Positions 29,505 to 39,576 are shown, counted from the stretch's first letter. The stretch: 64,000 nt of DNA from Oligoflexales bacterium (GCA_965215515.1 OZ244057.1:2016001-2080000), one strand, 5' to 3'. The notes: generated by a model from the sequence alone, not told the origin. Translations and numbers: made by a program.

Positions 29505-31973
29505 ATGTCACAGCACCTGCTAAAAAGCTCCACCGTCAAAGTTGCCGAACTGCTCCAGCGAGTAGTGATGGAACTGTCCAACCTACGCCGCGGCGTGATT
29601 ACTGCCGAGTTTGTCCTGATGGGGCTGGTCGAACAGAAAGATTCCATCGTCCTGAAAATTTTTGACGAGCTACGGCTTGCCTCCGCCGAATTGCGCCGCA
29701 AAATCGTCGATGTGGCGATGGAACAAGCCAGCACCCTGCCTTCCCTGGAGTTTGAACAGGCAGGTAGCATGCAAGTCACACAAGACGTACAAAACCTATT
29801 CACCGCCGCAGATCGCGAGCGACACAGCTGCGGCGATGCTTACATCTCCACAGGTGCGGTATTTCTCGCTTGCTTCGATCCCTCCGTCCCCAGCACGGCG
29901 CGGCTGTTGCAAGAAATGGGGCTTGAACAGGAAGCTTGCCGCAAAGCCTGGCTAGAAATTCGCGGGCTGAGCAAAATTACCCAGAAGGATGACGAGTCGC
30001 GCCGCGCCCTGCTTGATCAATACACCACTGACATCACCGCCTTGGCTCGTAAAGGCACACTCGACCCCGTACTCAAACGAGAGCGAGAGATTACCCGCGT
30101 CATCGAAATTCTCTCCCGCCGCAAGAAAAACAACCCCGTGCTTATCGGCGAGCCTGGTGTAGGTAAAACGGTCATCGTGGAAGGCTTGGCACAGCAGATC
30201 GCCTCAGGCGACGTGCCCGAGCACCTGCTGAGCAAACGCATTCTTCTCCTAGAAATCGGCACGTTGATCGCGGGAGCGAAGGTGCAAGGCGAATTCGAAG
30301 AACGCCTGAACAACCTCAAAGACGAGGTAATTGCCGCCGCGGGTGAAGTTATTTTGTTTATCGATGAACTGCACACGGTGGTCGGTGCAGGACGCACAGG
30401 GGGAGGACTCGATGCCTCCAACATGCTAAAACCAGCCCTAGCGAAAGGCTTGTTGCAATGTTTGGGAGCGACAACGAGCAAAGAGTACAAGCAATACATC
30501 GAGTCAGACAAAGCACTAGAGAGGAGATTTCAGCCTGTGCGCATCGCCGAGCCGAGCGTAGCACAGACGTTAGCGATTTTGCACGGGTTACGGTCGCGCT
30601 ACGAAGCACACCACCAAATCACCTACGAGGACGAAGCACTGCAAGGAGCGGCAGAGTTGTCGCAACGTTACCTACCCGATCGTTTCTTGCCTGATAAGGC
30701 GATCGACCTGATCGACGAGGCGGGTGCCGCGAAACGTCTGAAAATCGTCTACAATCCGCCCGAATTACGCAAAATGGAAAAAGAACGCAACGATCTGCTC
30801 GCCAAAAAAGCAGAGGCTTTCAACGACAGCGATTTCGAATTAATGTCACGCTACCAGACGAAGATCTCACGCCTAGAAGCAAAGATCAGCAAGGAACGAG
30901 AGAAGTTCAACAAAGAACGCAAGAAGCGCGATACACAAGTTAACAAAGAAGACATCGCCCGTATCGTGCACCGCATGACAGGTATTCCCGTCGCACGCAT
31001 GGTGGCAGAAGAGATTGCCAGACTGAAAGCACTGGAGGAGCGTTTTCGACAACGAGTTATCGGGCAGGAACATGCAATCACTGCCGTCGCCAACGCTATC
31101 CGCCGCAATCGTGCAGGCTTGCGCCGTGTTGAAGCACCGATCGCATCGTTTCTCTTTCTCGGCCCAACGGGGGTAGGGAAGACAGAATTGGCGAAGGCAA
31201 TTGCCGCGGAGATGATGGACAATGAGGCGAACATTATTCGTCTCGACATGTCGGAATACAGCGAACGACATGAGGTAGCCAAGTTGATCGGTTCACCGCC
31301 TGGCTACGTCGGTTACGGCGAAGGCGGACAGCTGACGGAACGTATACGGCATCAGCCCTATGCGGTGGTGTTGTTCGATGAGATTGAAAAGGCACATCCC
31401 GATTTACTCAGCATCATGCTACAGATTCTCGACGAAGGTTGGCTGACTGACGCGGAGGGCACAAAAGTCAGTTTTCAGAACGCAATCGTTGTCGGCACTT
31501 CCAATCTCGGCTCGGCAATCATGACAGAACAAAAGCGCCCCGTGGGTATCGGAGCGCAATCCTTCAGCCGTGACGATGAGCTGCGGGAAATTATGGCTGA
31601 GGTGAAACGCTTTCTGAAACCAGAATTCATCAATCGTCTTGATGAAATAATAATTTTTAACCGCCTGCGTAACGAAGATTTACGCCAGGTGCTTGATTTA
31701 CAGATAAAAGACCTAGCCAAACGCTTGGCTACCAAAGACATCACCTTGAGCCTCGCGAACGCGGTGCAAGATCACATTATCAGTGCGGTCGATACACGCA
31801 ATTATGGTGCACGCCCCTTGCAACGTAAGCTACAACAATTGGTGGAAAACAAAATCGCCGTGCTGTTGATGGATGAGAACACCACAGCTAAGCGACAGAT
31901 CGACGTGGCACTTGATGGCAAAGAAATAACAGTGCGCTTCGTTCAAGCATCCTCCGCACAAGCACGCAAGTAG
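29505..31973 (+). CDS. ClpC/ClpB-family AAA+ ATPase with a short M-domain (ClpC-type)
   Basis: Clp N repeats, two AAA modules, short coiled coil between them; 822 aa. Confidence 0.85.
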   Translation: MSQHLLKSSTVKVAELLQRVVMELSNLRRGVITAEFVLMGLVEQKDSIVLKIFDELRLASAELRRKIVDVAMEQASTLPSLEFEQAGSMQVTQDVQNLFTAADRERHSCGDAYISTGAVFLACFDPSVPSTARLLQEMGLEQEACRKAWLEIRGLSKITQKDDESRRALLDQYTTDITALARKGTLDPVLKREREITRVIEILSRRKKNNPVLIGEPGVGKTVIVEGLAQQIASGDVPEHLLSKRILLLEIGTLIAGAKVQGEFEERLNNLKDEVIAAAGEVILFIDELHTVVGAGRTGGGLDASNMLKPALAKGLLQCLGATTSKEYKQYIESDKALERRFQPVRIAEPSVAQTLAILHGLRSRYEAHHQITYEDEALQGAAELSQRYLPDRFLPDKAIDLIDEAGAAKRLKIVYNPPELRKMEKERNDLLAKKAEAFNDSDFELMSRYQTKISRLEAKISKEREKFNKERKKRDTQVNKEDIARIVHRMTGIPVARMVAEEIARLKALEERFRQRVIGQEHAITAVANAIRRNRAGLRRVEAPIASFLFLGPTGVGKTELAKAIAAEMMDNEANIIRLDMSEYSERHEVAKLIGSPPGYVGYGEGGQLTERIRHQPYAVVLFDEIEKAHPDLLSIMLQILDEGWLTDAEGTKVSFQNAIVVGTSNLGSAIMTEQKRPVGIGAQSFSRDDELREIMAEVKRFLKPEFINRLDEIIIFNRLRNEDLRQVLDLQIKDLAKRLATKDITLSLANAVQDHIISAVDTRNYGARPLQRKLQQLVENKIAVLLMDENTTAKRQIDVALDGKEITVRFVQASSAQARK

Positions 31974-32046
31974 TTACGCACCTCCAGCTGCAAACGTGCC
32001 GAGAGATGAAGGTTGGCACTACGGAACTCAGGACAAACAAAGCCAC

Positions 32047-33390
32047 TTACACGTCGTTGTTGAGCAGTTCGGCGATAAAGCCCGTAGAGCATTCTCCTCT
32101 ACGGAAAGCTGGGTGGTTGATAATTTTGCTGTGAAAATTGGTGTTGGTTTTGATCCCTTCGATTTTTATCTCCTGCAGGGCACGGTTCATGCGCGCCAGT
32201 GCCTCCTCACGATCTTGCCCATGCACGATGAGTTTTGCCAGCATGGAGTCGTAATCGGGCGGGACACGATAACCGTTGTAAATCATGCTATCGATTCTGA
32301 CCCCAGGCCCGCCAGGCATGTGGCAGTTGGTGATTGTGCCAGGGCTAGGGACGAAGGTCATCGGGTCTTCAGCGTTGATGCGACATTCGATAGCATGTCC
32401 CTGCAGCTGCGTGCACGATGTAAGCCGTGGTAGTTTTTCTCCTGCGGCAATCTTGATTTGCTCTTTAACCAAGTCGATACCTGTTACCATCTCGGTTACG
32501 GGATGTTCGACCTGAATACGGGTGTTCATCTCAATGAAATAGAATGCCCCGTTTTGGTCGAGTAAAAACTCCACTGTGCCTAGCGATTTGTAACCGCATG
32601 CTCGTGCGATTTTTAGGGCAGCATTGCCCATCCGCAGGCGTAATTTCCTGTTGACCAGCGGGCAAGGTGCTTCCTCAACTATTTTCTGGTGGTGGCGTTG
32701 CAGCGAGCAATCACGTTCGCCGAGATGAATGGTATTACCGTGTGTGTCTGCCATGATCTGTACTTCGACATGCCGCGGCGAGGTCAAATACTTTTCAATA
32801 AATACTTGCGGATTGCCAAAGAAAGCCTCTGCTTCGCTCTGTGCCAGCCGAAACCTGTTCTTCAACTGTTCTTCGGAACGCACGATCTTCATGCCTCGTC
32901 CGCCTCCACCCGCCGCGGCCTTGATGATTAGTGGATAACCGATACGCCGCGCCACCTGCAAAGCTTCGCGCTCAGAAGCGACGGGGTCGGCACTACCCTG
33001 TAACAGACGTACGCCCGCGGCCGCCGCGATTTTCTTTGCGGCAATTTTATCGCCTAGCTCTTTTATCTGCTGAGGGGAAGGGCCGATGAATTTTATTTTG
33101 TATTGTTCGCAGACATGCGCGAACTTGTGGTTCTCGGCCAGAAACCCGTAACCAGGATGAATGGCATCGATGCCACTCACCGCTGCGACACTCATGATTT
33201 GCGCGACCGACAGGTAGCTTTTGCGGCTCGGTGCAGCTCCGACACAATAGCATTCGTCGGCAAGACGGCAGTGCAGAGCATCCCGATCGACCGTTGAACA
33301 GATCGCCACCGTGCCGATACCCAGTTCACGACAGGCACGGATGATGCGCACCGCAATCTCGCCGCGGTTAGCGATAAGAATTTTGTGCAT
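32047..33390 (-). CDS. accC: acetyl-CoA carboxylase biotin carboxylase
   Basis: ANRGEIA, HPGYGFLAEN, GGGGRG and EMNTRIQVEH motifs. Confidence 0.96.
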   Translation of the reverse strand: MHKILIANRGEIAVRIIRACRELGIGTVAICSTVDRDALHCRLADECYCVGAAPSRKSYLSVAQIMSVAAVSGIDAIHPGYGFLAENHKFAHVCEQYKIKFIGPSPQQIKELGDKIAAKKIAAAAGVRLLQGSADPVASEREALQVARRIGYPLIIKAAAGGGGRGMKIVRSEEQLKNRFRLAQSEAEAFFGNPQVFIEKYLTSPRHVEVQIMADTHGNTIHLGERDCSLQRHHQKIVEEAPCPLVNRKLRLRMGNAALKIARACGYKSLGTVEFLLDQNGAFYFIEMNTRIQVEHPVTEMVTGIDLVKEQIKIAAGEKLPRLTSCTQLQGHAIECRINAEDPMTFVPSPGTITNCHMPGGPGVRIDSMIYNGYRVPPDYDSMLAKLIVHGQDREEALARMNRALQEIKIEGIKTNTNFHSKIINHPAFRRGECSTGFIAELLNNDV

Positions 33391-33392
33391 CG

Positions 33393-33821
33393 CTATGTCA
33401 GAACGATCAGAGGCTGATCGAACTCGACTGGCTTGCCGTTCTCAACCAAAATTTCCGCTACCGTGCCAGCACTCTCCGCCTCGATTTCATTCATCAGTTT
33501 CATCGCCTCGATGATGCACAATACCTCGCCTTTCTTTACCTGCTGTCCGACCGTGACGAACGGTTCAGCTCCTGGCCCTGGTGCACGGTAAAACGTGCCG
33601 ACAAAGGGTGACGTGATGGTCTTGCGTGACTCCGTCGGTTTTTTTGCTGTGGGGGGTTGTGCTGCGGGCGTAGCACTGACCGTAACCTCCGCCTCGCCAG
33701 CACTGAGCGTGTTTTGCTTCACGATCCTTATTTTTTGATTGTTGTCGGATACCTCAATCTCGCTGACTCCGTAATTTGCCATCAGCTTCATGATGTGTTC
33801 AAGTCGTTTAATGTCCATCAT
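33393..33821 (-). CDS. accB: biotin carboxyl carrier protein
   Basis: SPFVGTFY and the EAMKLMN biotinylation motif. Confidence 0.96.
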   Translation of the reverse strand: MMDIKRLEHIMKLMANYGVSEIEVSDNNQKIRIVKQNTLSAGEAEVTVSATPAAQPPTAKKPTESRKTITSPFVGTFYRAPGPGAEPFVTVGQQVKKGEVLCIIEAMKLMNEIEAESAGTVAEILVENGKPVEFDQPLIVLT

Positions 33822-34381
33822 TTAACCTTTTCCACGTAAGCACCAGAGCGTGTATCTATCTTCACGATATCACCTTTTTTGATATGGAAAGGAGCAGTCA
33901 GCGTCAAGCCTGTTTCGGTAGTCACTGGTTTGCCTCCTCCTGATGAGGTATCGCCTTTGATATTGGGCTGGGCTTCGCTAATCATTAAGGCGACGAAGGT
34001 GTCGATTTCGCAGGCGACAGGTTTACCGTTGTAGAAGGTGATTTTGACGGCACTGCCCTCCTTGAGGTAGTAGATGTTGTCATCCAATTCCGCCGCAGTT
34101 AGGACATACTGCTCATAGTTCTCGTTGTCCATGAAGTTGAAGTTGTTGCCCTCGCGGTAAAGGTATTCGGTGCTGCGCACCTGCAGGTCAGGAATACCTA
34201 CTCGATCGACCCCCGCCTTGAAGGTAACCTCCAGCACCTGTGTCGTTTCAAGATTTTTGAGCCGCGTGCGCACGAACGCCGACCCTTTGCCAGGGTTGAC
34301 GTGCTGAAAGCTGATGATCGTCCACGGCTGTCCTTTGTATTCAATGCGTAGACCCTTGCGAAAGTCGGTTGTTTCGTACAT
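33818..34381 (-). CDS. efp: elongation factor P
   Basis: [12 protein letters not shown] and KGDT---GGKP---ETG motifs; start at MYETTDF. Confidence 0.96.
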   Translation of the reverse strand: MYETTDFRKGLRIEYKGQPWTIISFQHVNPGKGSAFVRTRLKNLETTQVLEVTFKAGVDRVGIPDLQVRSTEYLYREGNNFNFMDNENYEQYVLTAAELDDNIYYLKEGSAVKITFYNGKPVACEIDTFVALMISEAQPNIKGDTSSGGGKPVTTETGLTLTAPFHIKKGDIVKIDTRSGAYVEKVK

Positions 34382-34497
34382 GTGTGCTCCTACGCGGCCG
34401 AAAACGGCGTAGCTTACCTCGTGTGTTGCGCGACTGCAACTTTCTCTCTCCGTTCCCGCCATAGGCTTGCTGTGCGTCGCACGAAATGCCCTCGTCT

Positions 34498-35115
34498 TCA
34501 GTTTCCTCCTATCAGGCGACGGTGGCGTAGAATACGGTACAACGGGCCGCGAAAGTGGGCGAAGGCAACCTGTCGTGCTCTCTGCAAAGCCACACCAGGG
34601 CCGCGCAGTTCACGTCCTGCGGTGACATGCACAACCGTGCCCCGTCCTCTGCCGCTGACTGTCTCCACTATCGCTACATGTCCTTCGTAAACAAGTAGAT
34701 CGAGGGGGCGAATGAGGCGCAGCTGTTTAGGCATGGTGACCAAGTGCCAAACCTTCTGGAGCGTTTGGGGTGATAGTTGCAGCATTTGTTTGGTGGTCAG
34801 ATAGGGCATGGTCAATCCCGCGTGGTTAAAAACCTGATGCACGAAGTTGCTGCAATCGAGACTGCATTCGCGACAGGGGGCGCAAGTTTTGCTTTTGCTC
34901 TGCTTTGTCTCCCCCACGAGGCATTGCACACAAGCGGTGCAAGCTGCGACGCTGCTGACCTGTGTGCCGCCATAGACATAGGTGATGGCGTAGTCGCGCA
35001 TCATCTGTGCGACCACTGCAGTGACACGTTGGTGGTAAATTTGCCCCCTAGGTGGTTTGTGGCTCTTGGCAGCACCGCTTAGCAGTAGGGCACAAGCCAG
35101 TGTGGCTAGTCTCAT
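34498..35115 (-). CDS. NlpC/P60-family cysteine peptidase, secreted, with a Cys-rich insertion
   Basis: Y-YGG, LDCS-FV and GHVAI motifs; signal peptide. Confidence 0.75.
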   Translation of the reverse strand: MRLATLACALLLSGAAKSHKPPRGQIYHQRVTAVVAQMMRDYAITYVYGGTQVSSVAACTACVQCLVGETKQSKSKTCAPCRECSLDCSNFVHQVFNHAGLTMPYLTTKQMLQLSPQTLQKVWHLVTMPKQLRLIRPLDLLVYEGHVAIVETVSGRGRGTVVHVTAGRELRGPGVALQRARQVAFAHFRGPLYRILRHRRLIGGN

Positions 35116-36497
35116 TGTCCATCCCGTAGCAGCAAGCTGATCATGTCTCCGACATCGCGGCGGTTGAGGAATTCCAGGTGTCGCACATGGTGCATCGGCA
35201 CGGCGGTGACGTTGCCCTGCCGTGGGTGGAAAATACCGTCTGCACCTGTCGCGACGCTATCGTTGAGCGAATGCATGCAATAAACTTGCAGTGACGGTGG
35301 TATCTCGCTGTTGTGCAAGTCGCGCAGAAATAGGGAGTTGGGACGCATCTGCCACAGATCGTGCCACGCCAGCCCCAGCGGAGTCATCAACGCGATGTAG
35401 GTCAGCTTCGAGCCGCGAAAAGGTGTACCCATCGTGATTATCTTGTTGCAGTAGCGTGCGCCGTCGAGTTTCAACAACCACCACAGAGCGACGAGACCGC
35501 CCTTGGAATGAGCGACGATGTTGATTTTGTCGAAGTTGTGCAGGGCAAATAAATCCCGTAGCTTGTTGTCGATAAGTCGCGCCGAATCGATGATGTTCTC
35601 CGTGAAAAAAGCCCCCAACAGGCCGCCGAGATTGAAGCTGACGACATCATAACCTCTTGAAGTCAGAATACGCTCCGTAATCATCAGGCAGTTGCGAGAG
35701 GAAAAGAAACCGTACAACAACAGCAGCGGTGTGCGTTGCGGGCTGAAGGCGGTGCGTTTGATCAGCTCGTTGTTTTCCTGCAACTCCTCGAGCAGTTCGT
35801 GGTAAATTGCTTTCATCTGGGCGATGAGCGAGGAATGGCGGCTCGACAGTTCCCAAGTCAGGGCAGGGATTAGCAGTACCAACGTCAAGAGCAGCAATAC
35901 TAATATCGTGCGGGCGATAAAGTCAGCGTGTAGCGCAGCAAAGTGGGCGATCAGCAACGATTCAGGCAAGATGCCGATAAACGTGAAAATCACCACGTGC
36001 CGCACCCGAAAAGCCAGGAGACCGAAGGCAAACGAACAAAGATCGAAGTGCGCAAAGGGAAAGAGACGCAACAGCAGAATTACCTTGTAGTCCTGTGAGC
36101 GCATGAACTTGTGTGTACGGGGTAAATTGCGTTTCATCCACGGCACGACGATTTTTTTGCCGACGAGACGGGCGAGGAAGAACACGACCAAGCCCGACAA
36201 CACCGCCCCGATAGCATTGCTCAGTGCTCCCCCCACCGTGCCGAAGCTTTCCGCCGCGATCGCGGGCAACAAGGAAACAGGAGTAAAGACAAACGGACGG
36301 ATGATTGCCAGCAACAAGAACCGCGGTAACTGCAGAGGTTCGTAAGCGCCCAAACAACCACGCAAGGAGTTGCCGCAAACATTCTGCCAAAAGGATGTCG
36401 CGACGAACAGCGCGACAGCAATCAGCAACACTTCGACAGTGAAGACGGTTCTAAGCCTGCTGGTTCTGAAAAATAAGCGCATCGCTAACACCTGCAC
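35112..36497 (-). CDS. DedA/VTT (TVP38-like) membrane domain fused to an alpha/beta hydrolase
   Basis: N-terminal TMs with F-LAR--G and LLRLFP---FD; C-terminal AHSKGG nucleophile elbow, GTPFRG, Asp and His. Start 36497 or 36482. Confidence 0.8.
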   Translation of the reverse strand: MQVLAMRLFFRTSRLRTVFTVEVLLIAVALFVATSFWQNVCGNSLRGCLGAYEPLQLPRFLLLAIIRPFVFTPVSLLPAIAAESFGTVGGALSNAIGAVLSGLVVFFLARLVGKKIVVPWMKRNLPRTHKFMRSQDYKVILLLRLFPFAHFDLCSFAFGLLAFRVRHVVIFTFIGILPESLLIAHFAALHADFIARTILVLLLLTLVLLIPALTWELSSRHSSLIAQMKAIYHELLEELQENNELIKRTAFSPQRTPLLLLYGFFSSRNCLMITERILTSRGYDVVSFNLGGLLGAFFTENIIDSARLIDNKLRDLFALHNFDKINIVAHSKGGLVALWWLLKLDGARYCNKIITMGTPFRGSKLTYIALMTPLGLAWHDLWQMRPNSLFLRDLHNSEIPPSLQVYCMHSLNDSVATGADGIFHPRQGNVTAVPMHHVRHLEFLNRRDVGDMISLLLRDGQ

Positions 36498-36529
36498 CTA
36501 TTTTAGCAGATTACGACCCCGTTGATGAA

Positions 36530-36649
36530 TAGCTCGGGTTAACGAACGGTGCCCTGAGTCCCGTGGGTAGGGCGCTGTTAGGCAAGGAGCAAACCAGCCT
36601 CGTTGAGAAGATCGTCGTTAACCCACTGGAGAACGCACGTGCTGAGCTA
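36530..36649 (+). ncRNA. candidate structured RNA of unknown family
   Basis: Nested stems 36530-35/36644-49, 36536-45/36615-24, 36546-56/36568-78 (three G-U pairs) and 36580-83/36597-600. Confidence 0.35.
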
Positions 36650-36722
36650 GAGTTTGTCCTGCGGAATTTATCCACACCCCTACGTAACGGAGAGGTCGGA
36701 AATTGTCTATCGGTACCTCGGA

Positions 36723-36796
36723 TGGGTCTGGGGGGACTCGAACCTCCGACCTCACGCTTATCAGGCGTGTACTCTAACCAGCTGAGCTACAGACCC
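36723..36796 (-). tRNA. tRNA-Ile (GAT), CCA not encoded
   Basis: GGGTCTGTAGCTCAGCTGGTTAGAG...CTGATAAG...GGTTCGAGTCC...CAGACCCA cloverleaf. Confidence 0.97.
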
Positions 36797-36871
36797 CACG
36801 TCGCACACTTACAGGAATTGCAACAGAATGTGAAGAGAAAGTGTAACTCACGCGCCTCAGTAGGTGTGTTT

Positions 36872-38284
36872 TTAGGCGGCGGGAGGTGGCTCGATAATGC
36901 CGCGGGGAAATATTTTGTTGAGTGCGTTGAAGGCCGCGATTTTGTAGCCCTCGGCTAGGGTCGGGTAGTTGTAGACGACGTGGAGCAGATCCTGCGCCGT
37001 GCAGTTTTTTTCCATGAATATCATACCGATATGAATAAGCTCGCATGCGCCTTCACCGACGATATGCACCCCGAGCAACTTGTAGGTGCGCTTACAGACA
37101 AGCAGTTTTAGTTTGCCGTGACTATCGCCACGAATATAGCCACGCGCTATTTCTCGGTAACCTGCGCGACCGACGACATACTCTCGCCCCGCGGCGCGCA
37201 GTTGTTCTTCTGTCACACCAACACTGGAAAGTTCGGGAATTGTGTACACCCCGATGGGGTAGTTGTGGGGAAAACGCAAGCCGTGCAGGCCGAACGCATT
37301 GCTCGCCGCTACCCGCCCTTGATAGGAGGAAGTTGCGGCCAGGGCAGGCACTCCGATGACATCGCCCGCGGCGTAAATGGAAGGCACACTGCTCTGAAAA
37401 TCAGCGTTGACGACAATCATCCCGCGCTCGTCGCACTCAACGCCTACTGCCGCGGCGTTGATGTGATCGCTGTTCGCGGTCCGTCCTGCCGCGAAAAAGA
37501 ACACGTCGGTGACATGTGTTTCTTCCCCGAGCGTTACCGCGACCGTGGTATCGTCAGGTTCGATCGTGTGCAACTCCCGCGCGAGCAAAAACTGCACTCC
37601 CATCGCCTGCATCGAATCCCGCAGCTCGGTGGCAATCTCACGATCGATCCCTGGCATGATGTGTGGGCGAGAGTCGGCAAGCAACGTCTCCACTCCCAGC
37701 GCAGCAAAGATACAGGCATACTCGCAGCCGATGATCCCCGCGCCGTAGATGATAATACGATTGGGGGCGTGTTCCAACTGCAACACTTCGTCCGAGTCGA
37801 TTACCCGCCAACCATCGAAAGGCACGGAGGCAGGACGACGCGGCCGCGAACCCGTGGCAATCAAAATACGCGTCGCGGTGATGGCCTGAGTGCTTTCCTT
37901 CTGCTGTAGCATAACCGTCTGTGCGTTCTCGAGCTTGCCTTCACCTGCCAGTAACTGCACGCTGTTTTTGGCGAGGTAACGCCGCACGTGTTCCTCCTGA
38001 CGCTGGGCTGCATGCCGTGCCCTCGCAAACAAACGCCCCGCCAACATGGCCTGCACAATACGTGCCGACCACTGTGCCCCCGATTGGGCACGCACGCTGT
38101 TGGTCATCGCCAACACCTCGCGCAAAGTCTTCGACGGTAGCGTGCCCGTCTGAATCCACGCCCCACCGATACTCTCAAAATTCTTCTCGATAACACAGAC
38201 CCGTTTGCCCAACTTGGCCGCCTGCACCGCGGCACTTACCCCCGCGGGGCCTGAACCGATGATTGCCAAATCATAACCAACCAT
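36872..38284 (-). CDS. sthA: soluble pyridine nucleotide transhydrogenase
   Basis: GSGPAG, TGTLPSKTLRE, GAGIIGCEYA, YTIPE and NYPTLAE-YKIAA motifs; no redox disulfide. Confidence 0.9.
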   Translation of the reverse strand: MVGYDLAIIGSGPAGVSAAVQAAKLGKRVCVIEKNFESIGGAWIQTGTLPSKTLREVLAMTNSVRAQSGAQWSARIVQAMLAGRLFARARHAAQRQEEHVRRYLAKNSVQLLAGEGKLENAQTVMLQQKESTQAITATRILIATGSRPRRPASVPFDGWRVIDSDEVLQLEHAPNRIIIYGAGIIGCEYACIFAALGVETLLADSRPHIMPGIDREIATELRDSMQAMGVQFLLARELHTIEPDDTTVAVTLGEETHVTDVFFFAAGRTANSDHINAAAVGVECDERGMIVVNADFQSSVPSIYAAGDVIGVPALAATSSYQGRVAASNAFGLHGLRFPHNYPIGVYTIPELSSVGVTEEQLRAAGREYVVGRAGYREIARGYIRGDSHGKLKLLVCKRTYKLLGVHIVGEGACELIHIGMIFMEKNCTAQDLLHVVYNYPTLAEGYKIAAFNALNKIFPRGIIEPPPAA

Positions 38285-38436
38285 TGCGCCGCATCTTGTC
38301 GGGTTAATGCACCTGCTTTTTGAGCTATTTTTTCCTGAGTTCCGCAGGCAAATTAGCATTGTTGCCTAAGTCGATGTGTTTCCAGGCACTACGAGTCAGT
38401 TTGGCAAATATACCTTCACTATGCCGTTGCGGAGGA

Positions 38437-39576
38437 TTATTTCTGAATGGTGAGTTTGACCTTCTTGCGCGCGAGCGGTAACTTAACGGTAAGGGTGCTG
38501 CCCTTGTTGAGGGTGCTGCGCACATCGAGACTGCCGTCGTGATCCTTGATAATCCCGTAGCAGATAGACAGTCCGAGCCCTGTGCCGTCACCTGGCTGAC
38601 GTGTCGTGAAAAAGGGCTCGAAGATGCGCTTGATATGTTCCTGCGGAATACCAACACCCGTGTCGGAGATACTGAACACCCCGTATTTGCAGTTGGTTTC
38701 GGCATTGATTTCGGTCTGCGCCATCAGGGTTATTGTGCCTCCTTGTGGCATGGCATGGGCGGCATTTTGAATTAAATTCAAAAAAACTTGAATTAATTTG
38801 TTGCGCTCGCCAAAGACAACTATGTCATCTTCGGGATAATTTTCGATCACTTTTGTGTTACTGTTGAAACTAACTTTGGCAAAATTTAGCGCAGCCTTGA
38901 ACGCTTCTACCGCCGAGACCGACGAGCGTTTGTCGCCTTCTGTTGCCCCCCGATGCCGCGCAAATTCCAATAACGACGACACAATTGCCTTGCATCTTTG
39001 TGTTGCCGCCTCGATCTCCACGACATCCTTGTAATGCGGAGAGTCTTTATCGAGCTCTTTCAGTAAAATTTGTGCAAACGCGAGAATACCACCGAGAGGG
39101 TTATTTATTTCATGTGCTACGCCACTCGACAGTAAACCGATCGAGGCAAGTTTTTCCTGCTGTACAATTTTATCTTGCAGGTTTTTTGTTTCAGTACGAT
39201 CGTGATAAATCTGCACCGTGCCTGTAACCTCTTCCTTGGAATTTTTCAGTGGCTGTGAAGTAACTTCATAAAAACGTTCCCCACTTTGCATCTCCCAATT
39301 ACGAGTGGATTTGTTGTCTATTGCCTCTCGCATAGCACATTCAGGACAAGGGCTGCTACGATTAGCAAAAATTTTGTAGCAAGTCTTGCCCACAACATCA
39401 GTGACAGGCAAGTTTGTAACTCTTGCCATAGCAAGATTAGAGCGAATAATTCTATAATCTTTGTCAACCAGCATCAGTGGATCGATCAAAGCATCGATTG
39501 TCTCCAGCCATTGTTGTTTCAGATCTTCAACAAAACTAACGAGATCACGTTCTTCAAGTTTGATCGCTTGTGCCAT
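38437..39576 (-). CDS. cytoplasmic PAS sensor histidine kinase (NtrB-like)
   Basis: PAS domain, AHEINNP H-box, N/G1/F/G2 boxes. Confidence 0.92.
   Translation of the reverse strand: MAQAIKLEERDLVSFVEDLKQQWLETIDALIDPLMLVDKDYRIIRSNLAMARVTNLPVTDVVGKTCYKIFANRSSPCPECAMREAIDNKSTRNWEMQSGERFYEVTSQPLKNSKEEVTGTVQIYHDRTETKNLQDKIVQQEKLASIGLLSSGVAHEINNPLGGILAFAQILLKELDKDSPHYKDVVEIEAATQRCKAIVSSLLEFARHRGATEGDKRSSVSAVEAFKAALNFAKVSFNSNTKVIENYPEDDIVVFGERNKLIQVFLNLIQNAAHAMPQGGTITLMAQTEINAETNCKYGVFSISDTGVGIPQEHIKRIFEPFFTTRQPGDGTGLGLSICYGIIKDHDGSLDVRSTLNKGSTLTVKLPLARKKVKLTIQK

Noticed and set aside
36723..36796. tRNA as the attachment site of an integrated element
   Set aside because: No duplicated tRNA 3' end and no active integrase in the window.
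36563..36958. 131-aa ORF across the tRNA
   Set aside because: Antisense to tRNA-Ile; typical shadow ORF.
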